Positions 9,068 to 18,936 of a stretch of DNA of 64,000 nucleotides are shown piece after piece. The notes beneath the pieces were generated by a model. That model was not told the origin of the DNA. It saw only the letters and a program-made list of their open reading frames with translations, and did no database searches. The number at the start of each line of letters is the position of its first letter. Positions within the stretch are counted from its first letter, which is position 1. Origin of the DNA: an uncultured Chloroflexia bacterium. Lineage in GTDB: Bacteria; Chloroflexota; Limnocylindria; Limnocylindrales; CSP1-4. Made by a program: the position numbers and the translations under genes. Location: NCBI GenBank assembly GCA_963768655.1, contig CAVYIM010000004.1:544001-608000 (forward strand), written 5' to 3'.

Positions 9068-9586
9068 GTGAGCGAAGTATCTGACGCACGGCCGGCGAGT
9101 TTCGCCTCTGACTCAGCCTCGGAACCGGCCTCCGCCCAGACGGCCGACAAGCTGCGCGAGATCGAGGCCGTCCTGGAGAGCCTCGGAGAGGTGTGGGATC
9201 ACGGAGCGCAAGAGATACCGGGCTGGGTCGGCCTGGATCTGACCTTCGGCCAGATGCGGCTGCTCTTCCTGCTCAGCAAGAACGGCCCCTCTCCGATGAG
9301 CCACGTGGCCGAGTGGCTGGGCGTGGGGCTGCCCGCCGCGAGCGGCGTCGTTGAGAGAGTGGAACGGCACGGCCTCGTGACGCGCCAGCACCGCAACGAC
9401 GATCGCCGCGTCGTCGAGTGCATCCTCACCGACGACGGCCGCCGCCTGATCGAAGAGGTAGCGGGCCTGCGCCGGGAAACACTGCGCCAGACCCTCGGCG
9501 TGCTGTCGGACGAGGAGCTGGCCGAGATGGCGCGTCTGATCTCGATCGTCCTGGAACGTACGACAAGACAGCCGGATCGATCATGA
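9068..9586 (+). CDS. MarR-family transcriptional regulator
   Basis: LTFGQMRLL...SGVVERVERHGLVTR...DRRVVECILTDDG winged helix. Confidence 0.9.
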   Translation: MSEVSDARPASFASDSASEPASAQTADKLREIEAVLESLGEVWDHGAQEIPGWVGLDLTFGQMRLLFLLSKNGPSPMSHVAEWLGVGLPAASGVVERVERHGLVTRQHRNDDRRVVECILTDDGRRLIEEVAGLRRETLRQTLGVLSDEELAEMARLISIVLERTTRQPDRS

Positions 9587-9771
9587 AAACCGGCTTCGAC
9601 CGAACATACGTCGATCGTTCCGAGCTTCGACGGAGTCTGTCAGGCGGAACGACCGCCGCTGCCCGTCCCCCGAGAGCTCGCCTGTTCGACTGACCGCCCG
9701 CGCGCCGAACCTGGCGCGCCCCTCAGAAACGCTCGCAATTCGCCGCCAACCCGCACCCGAAGGAGTCGCAC

Positions 9772-12700
9772 GTGATCCGCCTGACCCAGCTCGCCGTGAG
9801 CAAGCGCAGCGTGACTGTGCTCATCACGGTGGCCATGCTGCTGGGCGGCATCTTTGCCTGGGCCTCGCTCAAGCAGGAGCTGCTGCCTGACATCGCGTTC
9901 CCGTACGTCGTGGTCATCACGCCGGTCCCGGGCGCCAGCGCGCAGGACGTCTCGACATCGGTGACCGAACCGATCGAGCGCTCCATCGGCAGTCTGCCGG
10001 AGTTGCAGCACATCGATTCGAGCTCGGTGAACAGCCTCTCGATCGTGGTGGCTTCGTTCGACTACGGCACGGACGTCAAGGGGACCACCGCGACGATCGA
10101 CTCCAACGTCAAGGCCCTGGGCCTGACCGCCACGTCCACGGTCGAGTCGTTCGACATAAACGCCCTGCCGCCGCTGACGGTGGCCATTCAGGCGAAACCG
10201 GGCACCACCACTGAGCAGCTGGACGCGCTGGCGGCGTCCACGATCGTGCCCGCGCTGGAGAGCGTCGACGGCGTCAGCACGGTCGATCTGAGCGGCGCCG
10301 CCCAGGAGCGGCTGATGGTCGAGCTCGACCCGGCCAAGCTCGCGGCCAACAACATATCGATCAGCCAGATCTCCGGCCTGCTCGCCGCCAACAACCTCGT
10401 CCTGCCGGCCGGGTCCCTTCCGACCACGACGGCCGCCGGAACGACGATCAACATTCCCGTCTCGGCCCAGCATCAGCTGCTGCTCAACTCCCCGAACGAC
10501 CTCCTGTCGCTGGCCGTGGGCGTCAAGACGCCGACGGCCGGTTCCGGCTCCACGGTGCCGACGCTCATCACCCTCGGTGACCTGGGCACCGTGCAGCTGG
10601 TCCCGATCTACGCCAGCGGCTACGCCGAGCTGAACAGCGACCCGAGCCAGCAGGACGCCGGGTCGTCTCTGGTCCTGTCCGTCTCCAAGACCTCGGACGC
10701 CAACACCGTTGACGTCGTCCAGGCCGTCCAGGCAAAGCTCGCCCAGCTGCAGTCGCAGAGCGGCGCATTCCAGCTCGTCACCGTCGAGGACCTGTCGAGC
10801 TTCATCATCGAGTCCCGCGACAGCCTGGTCCGCGAGGGTCTGCTTGGCGCGCTGTTCGCGATCATCACGATCTTCATCTTCCTGATGAGCCTGCGCTCGA
10901 CCCTGGTCGCCGCGGTCAGCATCCCGGTCTCGATCATGACCGCGTTGGTGCTCATGCTCGTGGCGGGAGTCACGATCAACATCATGACCCTGGGCGGATT
11001 GGCGATAGCCGTCGGCCGGGTCGTGGACGACGCCATCGTCGTCCTGGAGAACATCTACCGGCACCGCGGCCGGGGCGATCCCATGAAGGACTCGGTCATC
11101 TCGGGCACGCGCGAGGTGGCCAGCGCCATCACCAGCTCCACCCTGACCACCGTCGCGGTGTTCCTGCCCATCGGCTTCGTCGGCGGCATCGTCAGCCAGT
11201 TCTTCCTGCCCTTCGCCCTGACCGTGACCTTCGCCCTGCTGGCCTCGCTGATGTGCGCCCTGACCGTCGTGCCGGTCCTGGCCAGTCTGTTCATCGACCG
11301 CATCAAGCTGAACCCGGACGAGGGCGTTCAGCATCACGACACGTTCGTCCAGCGGATGTACACGCCGCTGCTGACGGCCGCGCTTCACAACCGGCGCAGC
11401 CGCTGGAGCGTGATCGGCATCTCGGCGGTGCTCGTCGTGTTCGCGGCGTTGCTGGTCCCCCACATCCCGACGCAGCTCCTCGACACCGGTTCGCAGAAGT
11501 ACCTCCAGATCAGCGTCTCGCCGCCCTCGGGCACGCCGTCGGCCTCGGTCCTCAAGGAGGCCCAGGTGGTCGAGGCCAAGCTCCGAACATACTCGGAGAT
11601 CAACCTCATCGAGACGACCGTTCCGGGCGATTCGGACACCGGCTTCGGGGCGCTCGAGGCCGCCTTCACCGGCGGCGCGTCGAACAGCGCCTCGATCGTC
11701 GTCCGCCTCGACGACAGCGTCGATCTCAACACCGAGCAGCAGAAGCTCTCCGACGGCCTGGCGAGTCTCCAGATCGACTCGTGGCAGATACAAGTTTCCC
11801 AGGAGAGCATGACCGGCAGCGGCTCGATCTCCGTCGTCGTCAGCGGGACGAATCCGAGTGACGTCGCGACGGCGACGACGGCCGTCGTCGCGGCACTCTC
11901 GAACAAGGCCGACTTCCCCGACCTGCTGAACGTGAAGAGCGACCTCGCCACGACCGCCTCCGAGCTCGAGATCGACGTCGACCCGAACAAGGCGATCCTG
12001 GACGGGACGACGACGGTTGGGGTCCAGAGCGAGGTCCAGAACGCCCTGACCGGGACGAAGGCGGGGACGGTCAGCCTGGCCGGCGTGCCCGCCGATGTCT
12101 ACCTCCAGCTGAACGCTCAGCTGGATTCGCTGCAGGCTCTCCAGCAGCTGCCTGTGGGCGTGGCGAATATGCCGCTCGGTCAGATCGCCACGGTCTCCCA
12201 GCAGGCGACCCAGGCCCGCATCAGCCGCGTCGATCAGTCGCCGGCCGCCACGATCAGCGCCGACACGACCAGCCAGGACACCGGCGGTGTCTCGACTGAG
12301 ATCCAGAAGGAGATCAACAAGCTCCAGGCTGCCGGCAAGCTCTCGGGCGTGACGGTCACCCTCTCCGGCGTGACAGAGGAGATGAACAGCGCCTTCGGCG
12401 GCCTGATCGTCTCGATGGCGGTCGCGATCCTGCTGGTCTACCTGGTCATGGTCCTGGTCTTCAACTCGCTGATCGACCCGCTGGTCATCATGTTCAGCCT
12501 GCCGCTGGCCACCATCGGCGCCTTCCCGGCCCTGTTCATCACCCAGCGCGCCATCGGCATCAGCTCCATGATCGGTTTCCTGATGCTGATCGGCATCGTG
12601 GTCACCAACGCCATCGTCCTGCTCGACCTGGTCGAACAACACAGGCGTCGGGGCCTGCCCATGTACGAGGCCCTGATGCAGGGCGGACGGACGAGAGTCC

Positions 12701-12948
12701 GGCCCATCCTGATGACGGCCATCGCCACCATCCTGGCCCTGATCCCGCTTGGCCTGGGACTTTCCCAGGGTGAGATCATCGCCTCGGAACTGGCGACCGT
12801 CGTCATCGGCGGCCTGTTCACCTCGACCTTCCTGACGCTGATTGTCGTCCCCGTCGTGTACTCGCTCGTCGATGACGCGAAGGTGATCTCGCGCCGTAAG
12901 CTCGGCCTCGCAGCGGAGCAGGCGGAGGCGGAGCAAACGCTGGCGTAG
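9772..12948 (+). CDS. RND efflux permease (AcrB/SwrC-like)
   Basis: 1058 aa; GRVVDDAIVVLENI, GIVVTNAIVLLD, RVRPILMT. Confidence 0.95.
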   Translation: MIRLTQLAVSKRSVTVLITVAMLLGGIFAWASLKQELLPDIAFPYVVVITPVPGASAQDVSTSVTEPIERSIGSLPELQHIDSSSVNSLSIVVASFDYGTDVKGTTATIDSNVKALGLTATSTVESFDINALPPLTVAIQAKPGTTTEQLDALAASTIVPALESVDGVSTVDLSGAAQERLMVELDPAKLAANNISISQISGLLAANNLVLPAGSLPTTTAAGTTINIPVSAQHQLLLNSPNDLLSLAVGVKTPTAGSGSTVPTLITLGDLGTVQLVPIYASGYAELNSDPSQQDAGSSLVLSVSKTSDANTVDVVQAVQAKLAQLQSQSGAFQLVTVEDLSSFIIESRDSLVREGLLGALFAIITIFIFLMSLRSTLVAAVSIPVSIMTALVLMLVAGVTINIMTLGGLAIAVGRVVDDAIVVLENIYRHRGRGDPMKDSVISGTREVASAITSSTLTTVAVFLPIGFVGGIVSQFFLPFALTVTFALLASLMCALTVVPVLASLFIDRIKLNPDEGVQHHDTFVQRMYTPLLTAALHNRRSRWSVIGISAVLVVFAALLVPHIPTQLLDTGSQKYLQISVSPPSGTPSASVLKEAQVVEAKLRTYSEINLIETTVPGDSDTGFGALEAAFTGGASNSASIVVRLDDSVDLNTEQQKLSDGLASLQIDSWQIQVSQESMTGSGSISVVVSGTNPSDVATATTAVVAALSNKADFPDLLNVKSDLATTASELEIDVDPNKAILDGTTTVGVQSEVQNALTGTKAGTVSLAGVPADVYLQLNAQLDSLQALQQLPVGVANMPLGQIATVSQQATQARISRVDQSPAATISADTTSQDTGGVSTEIQKEINKLQAAGKLSGVTVTLSGVTEEMNSAFGGLIVSMAVAILLVYLVMVLVFNSLIDPLVIMFSLPLATIGAFPALFITQRAIGISSMIGFLMLIGIVVTNAIVLLDLVEQHRRRGLPMYEALMQGGRTRVRPILMTAIATILALIPLGLGLSQGEIIASELATVVIGGLFTSTFLTLIVVPVVYSLVDDAKVISRRKLGLAAEQAEAEQTLA

Positions 12949-12976
12949 ATCGGGACATCGCACGGGAGTAACTCCG

Positions 12977-14155
12977 ATAGCACCGGGATCCAAGCCGCAA
13001 ATCCCCACAGCCGAGTACCCGGAGCGCCGGCTCCGGGTACAGGCCATGATGGCCGCCCGGGGTCTCGACTTCCTGGTGGCATATGCCGACGACCGGGCCT
13101 CGTTCGGGCCGGCTCATGCCCGCTGGCTGGCCGACTTTCCGGTCCACTTCGAACCCGCCTGCATCCTGATCCCCCGCCAGGGAGAGCCGGTGATGCTGGT
13201 GGGTCCGGAGAGCGACCAGTACGCGCTGGCCGTCGGCCGGATCGCCGACGTGCGGGTCCTGCGCGAGCTGACCCACCCCGACGAGGACTATCCCTACGCT
13301 CGAATCCAGAGCCTCGCGGAGGTCATGGCCGAGATCGGCGGGGCGTCCGCGGCGCGGCGGGTGGGCCTGGGCGGCGGGGGCCTCATCGGAGCCGACCTGA
13401 TGGCGGCATTCCGGACCGCGTTGCCCGGGGCCGAATGGGTGGACGTGGAGAATCTCCTGTGCGACCTGCGCGCCCAGAAGTCTCCGGCCGAGCTCGAGGT
13501 GATCCGCTACGCGTACAAGATCGCCGAGGTCGGCATCGGCGCCGGCATCGAGGCGATCGGGGCGGGCGTCACCGAGCGTGAGGTCGCTGCGGAGATCGAG
13601 TCGGCCATGCGGCGGGCCGGGGCCGAGGGCACAGGAATCGACACCATCGTCGCCTCCGGGCCGAACTCCCGGCCGATCCTCGCCCGGTCCACCTTCCGCC
13701 GCATCGAGCCCGACGACCTGGTGCTGCTGACCGTGGCCCCGCGCTACCAGGGCTATCACGCCGCCATCGGCCGCGTGGTGCTCGTTGGCAATCCCGATCC
13801 GGAGATCGGGCGCGCACTGGCAACCGCCATCGGGGCCCAGCGGGCCGCATCGGCGGCCCTGCGTCCCGGCCGCGAGGGACGAAGCGTGGAAGCCGTCGGC
13901 CGCGCCATCGTCGCCGACGCCGGCCTGGGTCAGTACTTCCTCTACTCGGGCCTTCACAGCGTCGGCGTCATCGAGTTCGAGCCGCCGATCTTCGGCCCCA
14001 GCAGTCCGGAGATCCTGAAAGAGAACATGGTCATCTCGATCGACATCCCGATGTTCAACACGCCATGGGGCGGCATTCGGGTCGAAGACGGCTATGTCAT
14101 CACGGCCACGGGCGCCGAGCCGCTCAATCGGACGCCTTACGAGATACGCAAGTAG
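12977..14155 (+). CDS. M24 Xaa-Pro peptidase family protein (probable ATA start at 12977; first ATG at 13046)
   Basis: RAQKSPAELEVIR, GLHSVG, GIRVEDG; family-like IPTAEYPERRLRVQ lies upstream of the first ATG; GGGAG lies 8 nt before ATA. Confidence 0.85.
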   Translation: MAPGSKPQIPTAEYPERRLRVQAMMAARGLDFLVAYADDRASFGPAHARWLADFPVHFEPACILIPRQGEPVMLVGPESDQYALAVGRIADVRVLRELTHPDEDYPYARIQSLAEVMAEIGGASAARRVGLGGGGLIGADLMAAFRTALPGAEWVDVENLLCDLRAQKSPAELEVIRYAYKIAEVGIGAGIEAIGAGVTEREVAAEIESAMRRAGAEGTGIDTIVASGPNSRPILARSTFRRIEPDDLVLLTVAPRYQGYHAAIGRVVLVGNPDPEIGRALATAIGAQRAASAALRPGREGRSVEAVGRAIVADAGLGQYFLYSGLHSVGVIEFEPPIFGPSSPEILKENMVISIDIPMFNTPWGGIRVEDGYVITATGAEPLNRTPYEIRK

Positions 14156-14268
14156 GCGCGGCTCCGCCGCCATCGCCCGCTCCGCGCCGCGCCGCAGCTT
14201 GGCGCCGCGCCGCGGATCGCCGGGCGGCGCCGAGCCACCGGTCACCGCGCGCGCCACCGGACCTCGGC

Positions 14269-15537
14269 TCAGCCCGAGGCGGACTCCCGGTCGGGCGCTG
14301 CGCGGCGGTCGCCCGTGGCTGCCTCGTCCGTGCGGGGTATGAGCACGTAGCCGAGGACCGCCGCGGCCACGTTGGCCGCCACTCCGAAGACGATCGCGGC
14401 CTCGATCGAACTGGTCACGATGATGCCGGCCACCGCCGCCCCGATCGGAAAGCCGGAGAAATTGAGGTTCATCGAGACCGTGAAGGCGCGGCCCATCCAG
14501 GCCGGGTCGGTTCGCCGCTGTCGGAGCGTGAACAGGGCGATGTCGAGCGGGCCGTTGGCCAAACCGGAGATGGCCATGCAGGCGACGATCGGGAGCAGCC
14601 CGGCAGGCCACAGCAGGATCCCGGTCGTTCCGACGAAGCAGACGGCCGGCACCAGGATCAGCCGGCGCTCGCGACCCTCCGTTTGGAGCCGGCCACAGAC
14701 GAAGGCGGAGACGACGCCGAAGGCACCGCTCAGGCCGAACACGTAGCCGACCATGTCCTGGCCCATGCCGAGGCGCTTCAGGACCAGCAGCGGCACGACG
14801 ATCTGGATGACGCCGCCGGACAGGTTCATCGTGGACAGCGAGACGGCGAGCGCCCGCAACGTCCTGTTCTGCCAGGTGTAGACCAGACCCAGCCAGGCGT
14901 CGCGCAGGAGGTTCCCGGTTGAGGCGACCTCGGTGCGCGGGTCGGGGGCGCCGATCATGATCAGTGCGGCCGCGAGGTAGCCGGCGGCGATGATGGCCAG
15001 AGCCGGCTCGAAGCCGAGCACCTGGGCGAAGACGGCTCCGAAAGGAGCGCCGACGACCGTGGCCAGGACCCAGCCGTTGGAGTCGACGGCGTTGACGCGC
15101 TCCCAGAGAGGCTCTGGAACGAGCAGCGGGAACAGGCTGCGCAGGCCGCTGCTGCTCAGCGGGCCGGTGAGCGACGACACGGTGACGATGGCGACCAGCA
15201 GCCAGGCTGGCAGCGCGCCGGCAAAGGAGAGCGTGGCCACGAGGAGCAGCGAGGTGGAGGCCACGAAGTAGTCGAGGATGATGAGCCGCACCCGGCCGTG
15301 GCGATCCAGCAGGGCGCCCGCAATAGGGCTGACGACCATGCCCGGGGCGATGCTGGCGAAGGCGACGATGCCCGCGAGCGGAGGGGAGTCATAGCGCTGC
15401 AGCGCGAACAGGATCACGACGATGCTGACCATCGACGACGAGATCCTGGCGATCTGCATGCCGAGCAGAACCCGGCCGAGGGACGGCACGGCCAGGAGCG
15501 CGCGGTATGAGGGCGCGGCGGAGACGGGTTCGGCCAC
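14269..15537 (-). CDS. MFS transporter
   Basis: About 12 TM helices; motif A GALLDRHGR. Confidence 0.9.
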   Translation of the reverse strand: MAEPVSAAPSYRALLAVPSLGRVLLGMQIARISSSMVSIVVILFALQRYDSPPLAGIVAFASIAPGMVVSPIAGALLDRHGRVRLIILDYFVASTSLLLVATLSFAGALPAWLLVAIVTVSSLTGPLSSSGLRSLFPLLVPEPLWERVNAVDSNGWVLATVVGAPFGAVFAQVLGFEPALAIIAAGYLAAALIMIGAPDPRTEVASTGNLLRDAWLGLVYTWQNRTLRALAVSLSTMNLSGGVIQIVVPLLVLKRLGMGQDMVGYVFGLSGAFGVVSAFVCGRLQTEGRERRLILVPAVCFVGTTGILLWPAGLLPIVACMAISGLANGPLDIALFTLRQRRTDPAWMGRAFTVSMNLNFSGFPIGAAVAGIIVTSSIEAAIVFGVAANVAAAVLGYVLIPRTDEAATGDRRAAPDRESASG

Positions 15538-15701
15538 TGGGCTCCGGAGAGGATGCGGTGCTAAGACGGGGAGCGTGCCACAGATTGGCGACGGGCGTAG
15601 GGCGCGGACGCCACTCGATCAGCTCCGGCCCACGTCTACGGAGAGACTGGAGCCGCGCCGCGGCTCGCGAGGTCGACCGGTGTGAGGGGCAGCCTCAGTT
15701 G

Positions 15702-16196
15702 TCAGGCCGTCGTGCCCCAAAGTGGATCGACGATCTGGGGCCCGCTGCTCGTGGTGGCGGCCTGATCGAGGAACGCCTGCGAGGCGGCCTGGGTCGTGGT
15801 CGCTGTAGTGCCGGCGGTCGGGGACGTGGCACCGGAGCCACTGCCCGGGGTGGGCGTCTGGATTCCGATCAGCGCCAGGGCCTGCTCGGCGGTGGCCGGG
15901 GAGAGCGACTGGAGCAGCGGCAACAGGGTGTCGCTGGCGAAGAGGCTGCCCGATGTGGCGGCTGCGCCGCCGTACACTCCGCTGACCGACGCCGGGTCTA
16001 CGCCGAACTGGCTCGAGAGCAGCTCGCCGTTCAGGGTGTTGACGGAGGCCGCTCTCGCCAGGTTGACCGGCGGCAGACCGAGCTGCGTGACTTCTGATTG
16101 GGCCTGCGTCGTGTTGCCGGCCTCGGCATTGGCACTGCTGGCCTGGACCGCCTGCGACGCTGTCGGGGCGGCGCTGATGGCGCTTATCTGGCTCAT
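15702..16196 (-). CDS. Hypothetical Ser/Thr/Ala/Gln-rich protein with a sigma-28-type promoter
   Basis: 164-aa ORF with GC-rich third codon positions; upstream promoter resembles those of flgM/fliC/fliD/fliS. Confidence 0.7.
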   Translation of the reverse strand: MSQISAISAAPTASQAVQASSANAEAGNTTQAQSEVTQLGLPPVNLARAASVNTLNGELLSSQFGVDPASVSGVYGGAAATSGSLFASDTLLPLLQSLSPATAEQALALIGIQTPTPGSGSGATSPTAGTTATTTQAASQAFLDQAATTSSGPQIVDPLWGTTA

Positions 16197-16203
16197 ACGC
16201 GAG

Positions 16204-16231
16204 CAGTCGGTTGCGCAGCGCCGGGCCTTAG
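16204..16231 (-). promoter_or_regulatory. Sigma-28 (FliA)-type promoter
   Basis: Minus strand CTAAG-N15-ACCGACTG, ending 7 nt before the ATG. Confidence 0.5.
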
Positions 16232-16320
16232 GGGATTCCCCCTAGATGTGGTGGCCCGAGGCACCGGCGGCGCATCCGATCGGGCCGCGGCGAGCGGCTC
16301 GCGGTCAGGACGGCCCCAAT

Positions 16321-16357
16321 GAAAGCGGCTCCGAGCCTCCGCGTCGGAGCCGCTTTC
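16321..16357. terminator. Intrinsic terminator-like hairpin after the peptidase gene
   Basis: GAAAGCGGCTCCGA-N9-TCGGAGCCGCTTTC, perfect 14-bp stem. Confidence 0.7.
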
Positions 16358-16395
16358 GGTGTTTCTTGAGGGCCCCAGAAAACGGGGTCAGTGCG

Positions 16396-18664
16396 TCAGC
16401 TAACCGGATTGCCACCTTCGCCGGGCGGGAAGACGGCGGGCGGCGCGCTGCCCGCGGGCGGGACTACAGCCGGCGGGATTACAGCCGGCGGGACGAAAGC
16501 CGGCGGCGCCGGAGGAGGTGCAAGAGCCCACGTGGCGGGGTCATAGCCAGCCGGCGGAGCCGGCGGGGGAGCGGGGGCCAACGTGGCGGGGTCATAGCCG
16601 GCCGACGGGGCATAGGGCCAGGCCGCCGCAGCGGCTGCCGGCGCCAGGGTCACCCTGGCGCGCCGCCGCCGGCGCCACACCAGGAACAGCACCGCCGCGA
16701 GGAGCGCGAGGAGCGCGAGGAGCAGGCCGAGCACGACGCCGAGCCTGATCAGCCCCTGGGTGCTGGACCCGTTGATGGCATCGATGGCCTTCTGGGCCGA
16801 GGCCGAGGCATCGTCGGGCTTCACGCTCTTGATGGACGCTACCGCCTGCGCGATCGACGACGCGGGGTCGGAGCCGATCAGGCCGATCGTCTGGAAGATG
16901 CTGTGGCTGCCGCTGTTCAGCTGCGTGGCCTGCGCGACTTTGACGGAAGCGTCGGACTCCTTCTGGATGAGCGCGAGCAGCGCGTCCAGATCCGCCTGCG
17001 TCTTGGCCCCTTCGAACTGGGTTTGGATGAGCGTTCCGTCGAGGTTGACGCCGGGCGCGTTCTTCTGAACCTGGTCGCGCAACGTCAGGATCTGGTTGAC
17101 GGTCTGCATGGCCGTCTGGGCGGTGGTGAAGTCCCAGGAGGCCATCGGGCCCCGGACCGCCAGCGGCATCTTCCAGGCGCCGGCCTCAGTGACCAGCTGG
17201 TGGTAGTTGGACCGAGCCGTCGATCGGGCCGTGAGGTCGGCCGCGGTGAAGATGCCGTAGGCGGCGAACAGGTCCTGGGCCTTGTCCAGATCCGTGACGC
17301 CCGCGGGCACCATGCCCCGCTCGTCGATCAGGTCGAGCAGGCTCTTGGGGGTGATCGGCGGCCCGCCGGCGGTCGACTTCTCGACCGGTGAAGCGCCCAC
17401 GTAGGCGATCTCGCCGGCGGAAGCGGCGCCGAGGACCGCCTTGAAGTTGGCCGGCCCGATTGCGTCGGCCAGCTGGGTTACGAGGTAGCACGAGGCGGCG
17501 TACTGCCAGTCGGAGAGGGTCTGGTCTTTGGCCGAGGAGTTGGCGTCCAGTAACGTCCAGGTCGTCAGGTCGGGCGAGCCCGTGCCCGGGTAAGCTCCCG
17601 GATCCCCGCAGACTTTGTAGTTGCCCGTGCCCGCGACCTGTTCGCTGTAGTCGGCGAAGCCCTCGTCCATCCATGTCTCGGTGAAGAGATTCGCGTTGAA
17701 CCAGACGTGCGAGAGTTCGTGGGCGACCGTGGCCTGATCCGTGTCCTCGGTCACGCTCGCAGTCTGGGTCTTCGGCGTGTAGGAGCCGGCATAGTCGCCG
17801 AGTTCCGATCCGCCGGCCTCCTCGATGACGATGGTGCCGCCGGGCATCTGCAGGCCGGTCAGGTCCTCCAGCTTCGCGATGTCGCTCATGACGTCCTGTG
17901 TAACTGCGGTCGCCCAGGTCGGGTCCTCGGGCCAGGCCTGAATCTCGAAGCCCTGGTTTCCGGCCGTCAAATTCGAGGTGGTCATGCCGGACGGATCGCT
18001 GGCTTCCAGGCAGGTCCAGAAGGCGGCTGGCTGCGAGACCGAGCCGCTGGCGAAGGTCTGTTCCCCCTTTGCGTCGGTGGACAGGGTCAGGGTCGTCCCG
18101 CCCGTGAAATCGACGTCGAAGCCGTCAGGGACTACGACGTTGACGGAGCCGCTGTCCGAGTAGAGGCCGTTGCCGACCGCGCAGAGCTCCGCGTATGCCT
18201 TGCCGGCCCGGAAGCCGCCAGGCGCGTGAGGAGCCGCCGGGATCGAGTAGGACACGGTGACGACACGCGTCTGCTTGTAGTAGACGGGCGGGTAGGTGAG
18301 CTTGACCTGACGGAGGCTGGCGTCGGAGCTCGATACGCTCTGGCTGACCTTGCCCGCGTTGGAAGTCGCCTTGAGGGTCCCAGCCTCCGTCTCGACCTCG
18401 ATGGACGTGCTGTTGTAGTAGTAGCTCGTGGTCACGGGGTACATGAAGCCGCCTTGATAAACCACGGCGGTCGTTGGCGGCTTGTTGTTCTTGATCGAGA
18501 GCTGAAATCGTAACGTCGATCTCGGACTTGGCCGGGTTCACGACGTAGGTCGTCGTGGCGGTCTCGACGACATCCGCCGTGGCCAGGGCGGGCAGGGGTG
18601 AGGCCAGGGCCGCCGTCCCGGCCAGGAGCATCGGTGCCAGCCCGAGAATCAGACGCCTGCGCAC
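16396..18664 (-). CDS. Exported, membrane-anchored gluzincin (M1/MA-like) peptidase with Pro-rich tail; +1 frameshift near 18505
   Basis: Signal peptide (VRRRLILGLAPMLLAG...ALA) in one frame joins the 16396..18465 ORF if one base of AAA at 18505-18507 is removed; HELSH plus WMDEG; C-terminal TM then RRRRR. Confidence 0.75.
16457..16501 (-). repeat. 15-bp coding tandem repeat x3 (Pro-rich tail)
   Basis: GGCGGGACTACAGCC / GGCGGGATTACAGCC / GGCGGGACGAAAGCC. Confidence 0.7.
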
Positions 18665-18936
18665 GACGAACCCCTTCCCGCTGACGTGGTGACCGATGAG
18701 ATTGCGTCTCCTCTCCGGCGGCGGGCGCCCCAGCCTCGAAACGCGCCGGAGGCAATCAGTCAAACGAGGCCGGCCGAACAAGTCAATGGCCGTACTTCCC
18801 GAACGCACCCGATTGACCGAATCGAGGCCCGCCGACCGGGCTGGAGAGCGGATCGGCCCGACGCGGGCGGAGGCACCAGACGCGGGCCACGCCTGTGCCA
18901 CGCAAGCTGTCATCGGCCCGCGGTATGGTGGTGGCG

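Noticed and set aside
9640-13047. 1135-aa antisense ORF and many other long shadow ORFs (such as 19817..22126, 27267..28985, 51143..52762, 56529..58298)
   Set aside because: They mirror well-supported genes on the other strand or frame, an expected artefact of high-GC codon bias, and contain no motifs
18737-18822. Repeated GTCAA / CCGAAC words in a divergent promoter region (ECF promoter or operator)
   Set aside because: Spacing is inconsistent between copies and no cognate regulator is nearby
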